Below, piece after piece: positions 11,675 to 27,107 of a stretch of DNA of 64,000 nucleotides. How positions within the stretch are numbered: position 1 is the first letter of the stretch; every line of letters starts with the position of its first letter. The DNA lies in NCBI GenBank assembly GCA_964016885.1, contig OZ024766.1:11780001-11844000 (forward strand). Reading direction: 5' to 3'. The translations under genes and the position numbers were made by a program. The notes beneath the pieces are model-generated. The model saw nothing but the letters and a program-made list of their open reading frames with translations, searched no databases and was not told where the DNA came from. The stretch is from Eledone cirrhosa (Eukaryota).

Positions 11675-12360
11675 AATATGATTTTATTAATACTATTGAT
11701 ATTAATGATACTCCGGATAAAATCCGTTGAGTGCTACTAATCTGTTGTAAAATTAACTTCGTTGAATAATCAACAATCAGTTAACTCATTGTTTATATCA
11801 TTATCATCATCATCATCATCATCGTTTAACGTCCATATTCCACGCTTGCATGGGTTTGGACGGGAGTTTTCCCACTTGAGGCAAGAGTGGTTGTCTTGCT
11901 CGTATAGGACTGTCTGACGGGTTTTCTACAGCTGGATGCCCTTCCTAACACCAACCACATTTACAGTGTGGACTGGGAGGTTTTTACCATGTTACCTACA
12001 CGGCCACATTACAGCGTGGACTGTGTGTTTTTTTGTCGTGACACCTACACGACCTCATTTGTTTAGGACTGGATGTTGTGGTACCAACATAACTTTACAT
12101 TGAAAGGGGTGGTGTGGATGGGGTGGGGGTGGTGGGACGGGGGTGTTTATATATATGTATATATTGGTGAAGAGAATTGGATTCCCAATCTTGAGGTTGT
12201 GAGTTCAATTCCTGGACCGGGCGAGACACTTTATTTTACGTTGCTCCTTCTACCTGGGGTTGCGACCGATAGATAGTATTAGCAACTCGAAAGACCAATG
12301 GAAACATTGTTTCCTCGGTCCGATTTGACGAAAGACGACGATCAATCTTTTTTTTTATTC

Positions 12361-12427
<67 letters not shown>

Positions 12428-12481
12428 TACCATGACTGAATCTTACCCATCTACCATGTCAGGGTATGCCATGCATCATCT

Positions 12482-12548
12482 TATTTTATCTGATGAGGAC
12501 GTACTGTTGAAGTTAACTCATGACCTCTGAAATATGTATAATAAAATA
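12482..12548 (+). ncRNA. Minimal type-I hammerhead ribozyme motif
   Basis: tattttat-CTGATGA-...-GAAA-tatgta-TA-ataaaata. Stem I is 8 bp; stem II is imperfect. Confidence 0.65.
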
Positions 12549-12587
12549 TACTTCATCACAAGAATATCTATTTTGTTAATATTTTGA

Positions 12588-13429
12588 ATTAATATCATCA
12601 TCATCATTTATATATATATTTAATTAATATCATCATCATCATCTATATATATTTAATTAATATCATCATCATCATCATCATCTATATATATTTAATTAAT
12701 ATCATCATCATCATCATCATCTATATATATTTAATTAATATCATCATCATCATCATCATCTATATATATATTTAATTAATATCATCATCATCATTTATAT
12801 ATATATTTAATTAATATCATCATCATCATCATCTATATATATTTAATTAATATCATCATCATCATCATCATCTATATATATTTAATTAATATCATCATCA
12901 TCATCATCATCTATATATATATTTAATTAATATCATCATCATCATTTATATATATATTTAATTAATATCATCATCATCATCATCTATATATATTTAATTA
13001 ATATCATCATCATCATCTATATATATATTTAATTAATATCATCATCATCATTTATATATATATTTAATTAATATCATCATCATCATCTATATATATATTT
13101 AATTAATATCATCATCATCATCTATATATATATTTAATTAATATCATCATCATCATCATCTATATATATTTAATTAATATCATCATCATCATCATCATCT
13201 ATATATATATTTAATTAATATCATCATCATCATTTATATATATATTTAATTAATATCATCATCATCATCATCTATATATATATTTAATTAATATCATCAT
13301 CTATATATATATTTAATTAATATCATCATCATCATCTATATATATATTTAATTAATATCATCATCATCATCTATATATATATTTAATTAATATCATCATC
13401 ATCTATATATATATTTAATATCTTCATCA

Positions 13430-13430
<1 letters not shown>
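12588..13430. repeat. Compound (ATC)n-(TA)n-TTAATTAA higher-order repeat
   Basis: About 25 variable-length units. Confidence 0.9.
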
Positions 13431-13479
<49 letters not shown>

Positions 13480-13501
<22 letters not shown>

Positions 13502-14235
13502 TTTACGTCCCCTTTTCCCTGCTTGCAAGGGTGGGACGGGAACTGATTCTGGCTTGATTTCTACAGCTGGATGCCCTTCCTAACACCAACCTCATTTACA
13601 GTGAGTGCTGGGTGCTTTTTTTGCCGTGGCGCCTCCACGACCACTTTGCAGTGAGTGCTGGGTGCTTTTTTTGCCGTGGCGCCTCCACGACCACTTTGCA
13701 GTGAGTGCTGGGTGCTTTTTTTGCCGTGGCGCCTCCACGACCACTTTACAGTGAGTGCTGGGTGCTTTTTTGCCGTGGCACCTCCATGACCACTTTACAG
13801 TGAGTGCTGGGTGCTTTTTTGCCGTGGCACCTCCACGACCACTTTACAGTGAGTGCTGGGTGCTTTTTTGCCGTGGCGCCTACACATCCACTTTACAGTG
13901 AGTGCTGGGTGCTTTTTTGCCGTGGCGCCTCCACGACCACTTTGCAGTGAGTGCTGGGTGCTTTTTTGCCGTGGCGCCTACACGACCACTTTACAGTGAG
14001 TGCTGGGTGCTTTTTTGCAGTGGCACCTCCACGACCACTTTACAGTGAGTGCTGGGTGCTTTTTTGCAGTGGAATGATAGGGATCCCAGTCCTTATCATC
14101 TCATTTCTACAGCTGAGTAAACTGGAGCAATGTGAAATAATGTGTCTTGCTCAAGGAAACAACACATCACCCGGTCTGAGAATTGAACTCACAACCTTTC
14201 GATTGCAAGGCTCTAACCATTAAGCCATGTGCCTC
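13480..14235 (-). mobile_element. SINE family A copy with internal 48-bp unit expanded about 10x
   Basis: SINE head and tail flank the tandem unit ccactttacagtgagtgctgggtgcttttttgccgtggcacctccacga. Confidence 0.85.
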
Positions 14236-14360
14236 TATATATATATATATATATCTATTTAATTAATATCATCATCATCATATATATATATTTAATTAAT
14301 ATCATCATCATCATCATATATATATATATATATTTCTATATATATGTTGTCCTATTCCAG

Positions 14361-14477
14361 ATGAGACTGAGCGAGCGTTACAAGAGAGGATTTTTGAATT
14401 TGTCGACTCCATGATATCACTGAAGTTGTCGGAAGGGGAACTGGCTCTTATGAGTGCTTTGATCCTTATACGAACAG
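14361..14477 (+). CDS. HR3: HR3/ROR-like LBD internal exon (helices 7-8)
   Basis: ttccag acceptor, g|gtaaat donor, phase 1/1. (N)ETERALQERIFEFVDSMISLKLSEGELALMSALILIRT has the LxLxxxExAL motif. This frame is not shown in the ORF track. Confidence 0.92.
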
Positions 14478-14505
14478 GTAAATACTGGCCTTGTCTGGTT
14501 CTCCA

Positions 14506-15942
14506 TCTGTCTGTCTGTCTGTCTGTCTATCTAACTATCTGTCTGTCTGTCCGTCTGTCTTTCTAACTATCTGTCTGTCTGTCTAACCATCTGTCTGTCT
14601 GTCTAACTATCTATCTGTATCTGTATGTCTGTCTAACTATCTGTCTGTCTGTCTATCTATCTGTCTGTCTGTCTGTCTAACTATCTGTCTATCTGTCTAA
14701 CTATATATCTGTCTGTCTGTCTAACCATCTGTCTGTTTGTCTAACTATGTCTAACCATCTGTCTGTTTGTCTAACTATCTGTCTGTAAACTTCCCCCTTT
14801 GTATTTGTCCCCTTCTTTTGTGCCCCTGTGGCTAATAAAGAAATATATCTGTCTGTCTGTCTGTCTGTCTGTCTAACTATCTGTCTGTCTGTCTAACCAT
14901 CTGTCTAACTATCTGTCTGTCTGTCTTATCATCTGTCTGTCTGTCTAACCATCTGTCTGTCTGTCTATCTGTCTGTCTGTCTAACTATCTGTCTGTTTGT
15001 CTAACTATCTGTCTGTCTAACTATCTATCTGTCTGTCTGTCTAACCATCTGTCTGTCTTTCTAGCTGTCTGTCTGTCTGTCTAACTATCTATCTGTCTGT
15101 CTGTCTAACTATCTGTCTGTCTAACTATCTGTCTGTCTAACTATCTATCTGTAAGTCTGTCTAACTATCTGTCTGTCTGTCTAACCATCTGTCTGTTTGT
15201 CTAACTATCTGTCTGTCTTTCTAGCTATCTGTCTGTCTGTCTAACCATCTGTCTGTTTGTCTATCTGTCTGTCTGTCTGTCTAACTGTCTGTCTGTCTGT
15301 CTAACTATCTATCTGTTTGTCCATCTGTCTGTCTGTCTGTCTAACTGTCTGTCTGTCTCTAACTATCTGTCTGTCTGTCTTACCATCTGTCTGTCTGTCT
15401 TTCTAGCTATCTGTCTGTCTAACCATCTGTCTGTCTGTCTAACCATCTGTCTGTTTGTCTAACTGTCTGTCTGTCTTTCTAGCTGTCTGTCTGTCTGTCT
15501 AACTATCTATCTGTCTGTCTAACTATCTGTCTGTCTAACTATCTGTCTGTCTGTCTAACCATCTGTCTGTTTGTCTAACTATCTGTCTGTCTTTCTAGCT
15601 ATCTGTCTGTCTAACTATCTGTCTGTCTAACCATCTGTCTGTTTGTCTATCTGTCTGTCTGTCTGTCTAACTGTCTGTCTGTCTGTCTAACTATCTATCT
15701 GTTTGTCCATCTGTCTGTCTGTCTGTCTAACTGTCTGTCTGTCTCTAACTATCTATCTGTCTGTCTGTCTTTCTAGCTATCTGTCTGTCTAACCATCTGT
15801 CTGTTTGTCTAACTATCTGTCTGTCTTTCTAGCTATCTGTCTGTCTAACTATCTATCTGTATCTGTATGTCTGTCTAACTATCTGTCTGTCTGTCTAACC
15901 ATCTGTCTGTTTGTCTAACTATCTGTCTGTCTTTCTAGCTAT
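14506..15942. repeat. (TCTG)n-based compound satellite filling the last intron
   Basis: Direct inspection. Confidence 0.95.
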
Positions 15943-16058
15943 ATATATATATCTATCTACTTCTCTCTCTCTCTCTCTCCACCTACCCATTACCCTTATC
16001 ATTCTATATTTTCTTCTTCTACTCCTTCTACTCCTTCTACTCCTCCTTCTCTCACCAG

Positions 16059-16318
16059 ATCGACCCGGTCTGAAGGACGTTGAAGACATACAGAAGCTTC
16101 ACGAGAAAGTATTGACCGCCTTGAAGCTGGAGGTTGGCAAGAACCACAAGGAGGAGGAGACAACTCTGACAAAACTTCTGAACCACGTGGAAGAGTTACG
16201 TAACTTGGGAGGTCGCCACATTGACGTGCTGAACATGTTCAAGCGTTCCGCTCCAGACGTAGAGTTCCCCGCTCTCCACAAAGAACTTTTCTCAGTCGAA
16301 GGCATCGAAGGGTCATGA
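16059..16318 (+). CDS. HR3: HR3/ROR-like LBD terminal coding exon with AF-2 helix
   Basis: ctcaccag acceptor. (D)RPGLKDVEDIQKLHEKV...FPALHKELFSVEGIEGS*. DRPGL and the FPAL(H/Y)KELF AF-2 motif are typical of NR1F. Confidence 0.95.
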
Positions 16319-16328
16319 ACATGTATAA

Positions 16329-16372
<44 letters not shown>

Positions 16373-16459
16373 TGGCTTGTCAAGTTTGAAGCTTGTAGAA
16401 ATTTGCAAAAAAAAATAAACGATTTCTACAAATTTCATACTTGACGAACTAATATATAT

Positions 16460-16528
<69 letters not shown>

Positions 16529-16597
16529 TTTTTTTTTATTACCGGACGAGTAAATAGGTGTCGGAGGGTTGGGTGGGGGTTGCAAATTTTCCTTCAT

Positions 16598-16629
<32 letters not shown>

Positions 16630-17444
16630 GATTTTTTCTGGTTTATGTAGAGAGGGCAGCACTGCAGCAGATGTGGGAAGGAAGCGGCGGGCGGCGGTGA
16701 GGGTGGGTGGGTGGTTAAAGAAGTTTAGAAGCAGCAGCAGCAGCAGCAGTAGTAAGCTGCAACTGCCGTCGTCGTTGTCGTCGCCGCAGCAGCACAGGAG
16801 AAGAGAAGGGAAAGGAATGGTGCTGCAGAGTTGTGAAGTGGAGTGGAACGGAACTGAATGGAGCGGAACGGAATGTAACACGATGTAGTGGAGATTTCAT
16901 ATGATATGGAAGGAAGAAGAAGAAGAAGAGAGGAGAGGAGAGAGAGAGAGAGACGAAAAAAAAAAAAAAATATGTGAAATGAAATAAAATAAATGAAAAG
17001 AAGCAAAATTTTTAAAGACGATGAAAAAAAAAATTATTAAAAAAAAATGAAACCTGGAAAGAGGAACAAGGAGATGTGAGGAGATGTGAGGCGATGTGAG
17101 GAGAGGAGAGGAGAGGAAATTGGACGTAGAATAATGAAGAAGAGAACAAGAGAGAAAGAACGAAAGAAAATATGGATGGTGAAATGATAGAATGAAAGTA
17201 TACACATATTGTGTGTGTATGTGTATATATATGTATATATATATATATATAGTGTATATATATATATATATATTTACTGTATATATATATATATATATAT
17301 ATATAGTGTATATATATAATGTATATATATATGTATATATATATATTGTATATATATATATATATAGTGTATATATATACTGCATATATATATATATATA
17401 TATATATTATGTATGTATATATGTATATATGTACTGTATATATG

Positions 17445-17486
<42 letters not shown>

Positions 17487-17617
17487 CTGTATATATATAT
17501 GTATATATATATATATATATAAATAAATACTGTATATATATATACTGTATATATGTATATATATACATATATATATATATATAAATACTGTATATATATA
17601 TATATAAATACTGTATA

Positions 17618-17657
<40 letters not shown>

Positions 17658-17725
17658 CTGTACATATATATATATATATACTGTACATATATATATATAT
17701 ATACTGTACATATATATATACTGTA

Positions 17726-17778
<53 letters not shown>

Positions 17779-17820
17779 GCACAATATATTCTCACTCTCT
17801 CTCTCTCTCTCTCTCTCTCT

Positions 17821-17864
<44 letters not shown>

Positions 17865-18212
17865 GTAAAAAAAAAAAGATTTTTTAAAGGAAACAAACAG
17901 TAAACAACAATAATAATAAAAATTATAAAGAAAAACAGGAGAAAAAAAACGGTTAAAATTTAATGAAAAACTCCCCTAAAATAAGAAAATGGGCAAAAAA
18001 AAAAAAAAAAAATATGCTTTGATAATATTTCTCAGTGTCTTCAAATACACAACATGTGCTGCATCGCAGGCCCTGCTCAGTGTAATACAACTGGCAGATG
18101 GTTGCATGTTTGTGTTGCACATATACATATACACATGCACACACACACACACACACTTACCCTTACACTTCACAGTTACATTCACACGCACACAGACAGA
18201 CAGTTTGTGCGC

Positions 18213-18281
<69 letters not shown>

Positions 18282-19015
18282 AGTGTATGTATATATATAC
18301 AAAGATATGTGTGTATATATATATGTATACAAATGTATATATATATATATGCATACATATGTATACAAATGTATATATATGTATACAAATGTATATACAC
18401 ATGTATACACATGTATATATACATATGTATACAAATATATATATATATGTATACAAATGTGTATATACATGTATACAAATGTATATATGTAAATATATAT
18501 ATATGTATATGTATATATGTGTATATTATATATATATGTGTATATGTATATATATGTATATATTATATATATATATGTATATATATATGTGTATATGTAT
18601 ATATATGTATATATTATATATATATATATATGTATATATATGTGTGTATATGTATATATATAGATATGCATACATACACAGACAATGAAAACCCCAACCC
18701 TAACCCTAGCCCCAGCTCTCGGACATTTATAACGCCCCGCCCTCCCCCAGACACATCTTTCACCCCCACCCCACCCCATTCCACCCCTCCTCTTCCTTAC
18801 CCCCCCCCCCCATTCTTATCACTCGTTGCTCTTTTACATAGCAAGCATGCCTTCTACCCACCCCCCCAAAGAAAATGACAATACACCAGCCCCTGCACGA
18901 TTTCCGTGAGTCCCCTCTGCCCTCCCCTCACTCACCGTTTTTCATTAATACCCTACCCCCCCAAAAAAAAAATTCCCCCACCCCCCTCATCTATTTCTCA
19001 GTTGATTCCAATTCA

Positions 19016-19056
<41 letters not shown>

Positions 19057-19643
19057 AAAATAAACAAAAAAAATAGCGATCTACATTATAACAACGTTGA
19101 TGATGATGAGGTTGAAGAAGGAAGGAAGAACTACATGAATTATCTCCCTTACTTTCTTAAATCCCCCACACACAAAACGCAAACACACTACATATTTCAT
19201 TTGTACAGTTTTACTTGTAGAATCAGGATATATATATTATTTTATATATGTATATATATACACATAGATATATTTGTGTGTGCGTATGTGTTATATATAC
19301 ATGTGTGTATATAGAAGAGTGTGTATGTGTGTTTCTATATATATATGTATGTAGATATACACATATATAAGTATGTAGATAGACATGTGTATATATATAT
19401 ATATGTATATATGTATGTAGATATACATACATATATATATATATACATATATATATATATGTATTATGTGTACACATAGGCATATATATATATAATATAA
19501 ATATGTATGTCTGTATATATATTTAATATTTTGTATTTACACATATATTTACATATATATATATTATTTACATATATATATATATTTATATATATATATA
19601 TATTTACATATATATATTATTTACATATATATATATATATATT

Positions 19644-19713
<70 letters not shown>

Positions 19714-20164
19714 ATCATACATCTAAAAGGGCAGTTAATCATATATGTATATATATACACTCATATAGACACACATATATACATGCACATATATACACAT
19801 GCGTGGCGCTCATACTTTTCCAAGAAAAACTTGGAAAACTGGATTTTTTTCTTACATAAAACAAAAAAAAAAACGTGAAAAAAAAAAAAAATGAAAATTG
19901 AACTAAAAGAAGACTCTATATATATATATAAACATATATACACTTCTGTATACACATATATATATATATGTATGTGCATGTGTATATATATATATGTATA
20001 TATATGGTGGATGAATAGCGTTGGTTGGTTACATATGTTGTTTTTTTTTTTAAAGAGACCTTAATTTAGTAATATAACCTAAAATATATATATTACACTG
20101 AACAGATTATATATATATATATATATATATACATACATACATGTATATATATGTGTATATATAT

Positions 20165-20211
20165 GTGTGTGTACATATATATACATATATATTTCTATTT
20201 GTATGTGTTTG

Positions 20212-20255
<44 letters not shown>

Positions 20256-20256
20256 C

Positions 20257-20287
<31 letters not shown>

Positions 20288-20391
20288 CATATATATGTAT
20301 GTGTGTGTGTATATATATATATATGTTTGTGTGTGTGTGTGTTAAAGATGGGTAATATATATATATATATATTTCTATTTGTATGTGTTTG

Positions 20392-20426
<35 letters not shown>

Positions 20427-20460
20427 GTGCTTGTGTGTGTGTGTGTGTGTATATATATAC

Positions 20461-20493
<33 letters not shown>

Positions 20494-20561
20494 TGTTTGT
20501 GTGTGTGTGTGTTAAAGATGGGTAATATATATATATATATATTTCTATTTGTATGTGTTTG

Positions 20562-20596
<35 letters not shown>

Positions 20597-20735
20597 GTGT
20601 GCTTGTGTGTGTGTGTGTGTGTATATATATACATATATATGTATGTGTGTGTGTATATATATATATATGTTTGTGTGTGTGTGTGTTAAAGATGGGTAAT
20701 ATATATATATATATATTTCTATTTGTATGTGTTTG

Positions 20736-20766
<31 letters not shown>

Positions 20767-20798
20767 GTGCTTGTGTGTGTGTGTGTGTATATATATAC

Positions 20799-20831
<33 letters not shown>

Positions 20832-20899
20832 TGTTTGTGTGTGTGTGTGTTAAAGATGGGTAATATATATATATATATATTTCTATTTGTATGTGTTTG

Positions 20900-20941
<42 letters not shown>

Positions 20942-21075
20942 CTTGTGTGTGTGTGTGTGTGTATATATATACATATATATGTATGTGTGTGTGTATATAT
21001 ATATATATGTTTGTGTGTGTGTGTGTTAAAGATGGGTAATATATATATATATATATTTCTATTTGTATGTGTTTG

Positions 21076-21106
<31 letters not shown>

Positions 21107-21243
21107 GTGCTTGTGTGTGTGTGTGTGTGTATATATATACATATATATGTATGTGTGTGTGTATATATATATATATGTTTGTGTGTGTGTGTGTTAAAGA
21201 TGGGTAATATATATATATATATATTTCTATTTGTATGTGTTTG

Positions 21244-21278
<35 letters not shown>

Positions 21279-21538
21279 GTGCTTGTGTGTGTGTGTGTGT
21301 GTATATATATACATATATATGTATGTGTGTGTGTATATATATATATATGTTTGTGTGTGTGTGTGTTAAAGATGGGTAATATATATATATATATATTTCT
21401 ATTTGTATGTGTTTGTATATATATAAATATATATATATATATATGTGCTTGTGTGTGTGTGTGTATATATATACATATATATGTATGTGTGTGTGTATAT
21501 ATATATATATGTTTGTGTGTGTGTGTGTTAAAGATGGG

Positions 21539-21545
<7 letters not shown>
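20165..21545. repeat. ~175-bp higher-order TA/TG tandem repeat
   Basis: Anchor gttaaagatgggtaa recurs 8 times. Confidence 0.9.
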
Positions 21546-21602
<57 letters not shown>

Positions 21603-21894
21603 CAGTAAAAAAGTATAATAAAAGTAAATATATAAAAAATGAGTTGATGATGATGGTGGTGGTGGTGATGTTGGGGTTTGTATTCGTGGTGAGGCTTCAA
21701 GATTTTTCTGGAAGCAAAAAACATCATCGGCCCCTTTTATATGGATGGGCTGCACTCGAAACTCCACCCCCCCATCCCCACACCAAGCCCTGCTCTAGAC
21801 ACCTCTCTTTTGAAAATAATGAAAATGTGCTAAACCCCCCCCCCCCCATATATATATATACACACACACACACGCACACACGCACATATATATA

Positions 21895-23410
21895 TATATG
21901 TACACATACACACATATGTAAATATATGCATATACATACATATATATGTCTACACATTTATATGTACACATACACACATATGTAAATATATGCATATACA
22001 TACATATATATGTCTACACATTTATATGTACACATACACACATATGTAAATATATGCATATATATACATATATATGTCTACACATTTATATGTACACATA
22101 CACACATATGTAAATATATGCATATACATACATATATATGTCTACACATTTATATGTACACATACACACATATGTAAATATATGCATATATATATACATA
22201 TATATGTCTACACATTTATATGTATGTATATATATAAATGTCTGTATATATATATATAAATGTCATATATATACATATATATGTCTACACATTTATATGT
22301 ACACATACACACATATGTAAATATATGCATATACATACATATATATGTCTACACATTTATATGTACACATACACACATATGTAAATATATGCATATATAT
22401 ATACATATATATGTCTACACATTTATATGTACACATACACACATATGTAAATATATGCATATATATACATATATATGTCTACACATTTATATGTACACAT
22501 ACACACATATGTAAATATATGCATATATATACATATATATGTCTACACATTTATATGTACACATACACACATATGTAAATATATGCATATATATACATAT
22601 ATATGTCTACACATTTATATGTACACATACACACATATGTAAATATATGCATATATATATACATATATATGTCTACACATTTATATGTACACATACACAC
22701 ATATGTAAATATATGCATATATATATACATATATATGTCTACACATTTATATGTACACATACACACATATGTAAATATATGCATATACATACATATATAT
22801 GTCTACACATTTATATGTACACATACACACATATGTAAATATATGCATATATATACATATATATGTCTACACATTTATATGTACACATACACACATATGT
22901 AAATATATGCATATACATACATATATATGTCTACACATTTATATGTACACATACACACATATGTAAATATATGCATATACATACATATATATGTCTACAC
23001 ATTTATATGTACACATACACACATATGTAAATATATGCATATACATACATATATATGTCTACACATTTATATGTACACATACACACATATGTAAATATAT
23101 GCATATATATATACATATATATGTCTACACATTTATATGTACACATACACACATATGTAAATATATGCATATACATACATATATATGTCTACACATTTAT
23201 ATGTACACATACACACATATGTAAATATATGCATATACATACATATATATGTCTACACATTTATATGTACACATACACACATATGTAAATATATGCATAT
23301 ATATACATATATATGTCTACACATTTATATGTATGTATATATATAAATGTCTGTATATATATATATAAATGTCATATATATACATATATATGTCTACACA
23401 TTTATATGTA
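21895..23410. repeat. 64-66-bp minisatellite
   Basis: gtctacacatttatatgtacacatacacacatatgtaaatatatgcat units. Confidence 0.95.
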
Positions 23411-23633
23411 TATATATATAAATGTTTGTATATATATATATATAAATGTCATATATATATATATTATGGAATACTGTTGGCTTCTTGCTACAATAATTTC
23501 TATACTTTTCATTTATATATATATAGAGAGAGATATATACACACACACGTGTGTGTGTGTGTGTATATATATATATGTGTGTGTGTTTGTAAATGTATGT
23601 ATATATATATACATGCAAGCACATAGGTAAATG

Positions 23634-23690
<57 letters not shown>

Positions 23691-23897
23691 AATACACAAA
23701 AAATGTGTTCACTGTTTAATGACTGGGAGAAAAAAAGAATTTTATCTACTCTTATATAAAAACCCCTCTACTCTTATATAGTACCCCCTCCCTCCTCTCA
23801 TTTTCACTCCCAATTTTTATTCTCATTATTATTATTATTATCATTGTTATTATTATTATTACTTGTATCATATATAGCTATATCTATGTGCATATGC

Positions 23898-23954
<57 letters not shown>

Positions 23955-24062
23955 AGTGTATAAATGTCTTAGGTAGTGTACAGAAGATTATGTTTATTAA
24001 GTACAATTATCAAAAGAAATAATTTTTAAGAAAAGTAAAAACACTGTTTATCACTTGAATCA

Positions 24063-24115
24063 AATAAAATACGATGACAATAAAACATTGTATGTAAATT
24101 GAATTTTGTGCTTTT
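24063..24115 (+). promoter_or_regulatory. Candidate distal polyadenylation site of the nuclear receptor gene
   Basis: Two AATAAA (24063, 24079) followed by GT/T-rich sequence, at the end of a ~7.7 kb stretch with no recognisable SINE/LINE after the stop codon. Confidence 0.3.
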
Positions 24116-24329
24116 ATCCATCACGGGAATTATCCAGTTATAAAATTTAGTTCTCTGTTGATGGAGGGAAACAACAGATTCTAACTTTTAATGTTTTATT
24201 ATTAAAATAAAGAAATCATTATTGTTATTACTATTTTTAAAAGTTTTTTCTTCCCAAGTGACAAACAGTGTTTTTATTATTTCTGCTGACAATGATGTTT
24301 TATTAGCCTATTTTTGTAAATATTTTTTA

Positions 24330-25708
24330 TTGCCTTTCATCCTTACGGGGTCGATAAAATAAAGTACCAGTAATACACTGGGATAATTGCTGGCCTTGTG
24401 CCAAAAGTAGAAACAGTTATTACAGGGTTGATAAAATAAAGTACCAGTAATACACTGGGGTAATTGCTGGCCTTGTGCCAAAAGTAGAAACATTTATTAC
24501 AGGGTTGATAAAATAAAGTACCAGTAATACACTGGGGTATTGCTGGCCTTGTGCCTAAAGTAGAAACATTTATTACAGGGTTGATAAAATAAAGTACCAG
24601 TAATACACTGGGGTATTGCTGGTCTTGTGCCTAAAGTAGAAACAGTTATTATTACTAGATGACTGTGACGTCTTCTCTCTCTTTCGGACACACACAAACA
24701 CTCTCTCTCTCTCTCTATGTATATCTCTTTTGCTTGGTGCCCCCCTCCTCCCTTCTCTATATATATATATAGACGAGGGCGACATCATAACTTTCTATCT
24801 ATCTACCTCTTTCTGTCGCCTTGAAAACACACAGCGTTCATTTTTCTCTCTCTATCTATGTACATATCTCTCACTTGCCCCCCCCCCTCTATATATAGTG
24901 AGCATGACAGACAGACAGACATCGCTCTTACAATAAAATAGATTATTATTATTATTATTACTACTACTAGCGGTGGATTGGCAGTATCGGTAGAGGGTCG
25001 GACGCCATGCCTTGCAGCAAAGAGTTACGGCCCTTTATGGTCTCAGTTCAAGCTCCGCTGAGGTTGACTTTGCCTTTCATCCTTACGGGGTCGATAAAAT
25101 AAAGTACCAGTAATACACTGGGGTAATTGCTGGCCTTGTGCCAAAAGTAGAAACAGTTATTACAGGGTTGATAAAATAAAGTACCAGTAATACACTGGGG
25201 TAATTGCTGGCCTTGTGCCAAAAGTAGAAACAATTGTTACGGGGTCGATAAAATAAAGTACCAGTAATACACTGGGGTAATTGCTGGCCTTGTGCCAAAA
25301 GTAGAAACAATTGTTACGGGGGTCGATAAAATAAAGTACCAGTAATACACTGGGGTAATTGCTGGCCTTGTGCCAAAAGTAGAAACAATTGTTACGGGGT
25401 CGATAAAATAAAGTACCAGTAATACACTGGGGTAATTGCTGGCCTTGTGCCAAAAGCAGAAACAATTGTTACGGGGTCGATAAAATAAAGTACCAGTAAT
25501 ACACTGGGGTAATTGCTGGCCTTGTGCCAAAAGTAGAAACAATTGTTACGGGGGTCGATAAAATAAAGTACCAGTAATACACTGGGGTAATTGCTGGCCT
25601 TGTACCTAAAGTAGAAACAATTATTACAGGGTCGATAAAATAAAGTACCAGTAATACACTGGGGTAATTGCTGGCCCTGTGCCTAAAGTAGAAACAATTA
25701 TTATTACT
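24330..25708 (+). mobile_element. Two SINE B copies whose 3' 77-bp segment is tandemly amplified
   Basis: 77-bp unit x4 (24345-24655) and x8 (25085-25705). Full head at 24970. Confidence 0.85.
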
Positions 25709-26012
25709 AGCAGAAAAACCACCCTCTGGTAGTTTTCTGCTAGCATGTGTAGTGTGTATATTGATATTATACGCAAGTATACATACATGTAGATATGATA
25801 TGCCAAATAAAATCATAATGGACAATATACACAGAAATTGAAGAGAGACTGTGTTACCCTGTCTTATGTAATCAGTAAAGTAATCCATGATACATTTAAA
25901 AAAGACGATATTATATATAAACTGCATTAGGGTGAGATGTTATGAAAGCGGAGAAGATGAGATTAACGATGGAAATATAAACGTTATGATATAACAATGC
26001 AAATATATAAAC

Positions 26013-26050
<38 letters not shown>

Positions 26051-26051
<1 letters not shown>

Positions 26052-26520
26052 GGAGACGCATGGCTTAGTGGTTAGAGTATTGGGCTTGCAATCAATTCTC
26101 AGACCGGGTGATGTGTTGTTTCCTTGAGCAAGACACTTTATTTCACATTGCTCCAGTTTACTCAGCTGTAGAAATGAGATGATAGGGACTGGGGTCCCTA
26201 TCATTCCACTGCAAAGTGGTCGTGGAGGTACCACGGCAAAAAAGCGCCCAGCACTCACTGTAAAGTGGTCGTGGAGGTGCCACGGCAAAAAAGCACCCAG
26301 CACTCACTGTAAAGTGGTCGTGGAGGTGCCACGGCAAAAAAGCGCCCAGCCCACACTGTAAAGTGGTCGTGGAGGTGCCACGGCAAATAAAACACCCAGC
26401 CCACACTGTAAATGAGTTTGGTGTTAGGAAGGGCATCCAGCTGTAGAAATCAAGCCAGAATCTGTTCCCATCCCACCCTTGCAAGCAGGGGAAAAGCGGA
26501 CGTAAGAAAATGAAATGATG
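26051..26520 (+). mobile_element. SINE family A copy (4 internal units)
   Basis: Identity to 46561-46905. Confidence 0.85.
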
Positions 26521-26580
26521 ATATATATATATATATATATATAATATATAAGAACAAAAGATGGTTAAAAGAGTTCCATG

Positions 26581-26651
26581 TATTTTATTATGCGCATTTC
26601 AAAAACAAATATCATCATGCAATAATATTTGTGTTTTCATCAGATAAAACA
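26581..26651 (-). ncRNA. Minimal type-I hammerhead ribozyme motif
   Basis: tgttttat-CTGATGA-aaaca...gttttt-GAAA-tgcgca-TA-ataaaata. Confidence 0.75.
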
Positions 26652-27107
26652 GGAAGACATGATATGAAGGTTAAAAAACACTTGTTTTAAATCAACATAT
26701 TTTCATATGTTGATTTAAAACTGCACTATCCACAAGTGTTTTTTAACCTTCATATATATATATATATATATGTATATTATGATTTATAAGCAATGTGATA
26801 TAGCAATGAAAATATAGTGTATGGCAAAGTGTTATCACGTAACAGTCAGAAACTACGTGTAGACATTTGAAAATTTTAACAGAAGTGAATCTTGAAATTT
26901 GATTAAGAGCCACGAAATTTAGTAGATAAATTATGTAATATTCATTCATGATTTATGCAAAGTAATCCAACTTATTTTAATAACGTGTTCAGAAAAAATA
27001 ACTCAGACACAGTCTCGCAGTTCTCCAACCACTATATATTAGATTATTATAAGGGTTGTGGCTGATTGAAAGATGAGAAGTTACTGGTGTTGAGTTAATA
27101 ATGGGTT

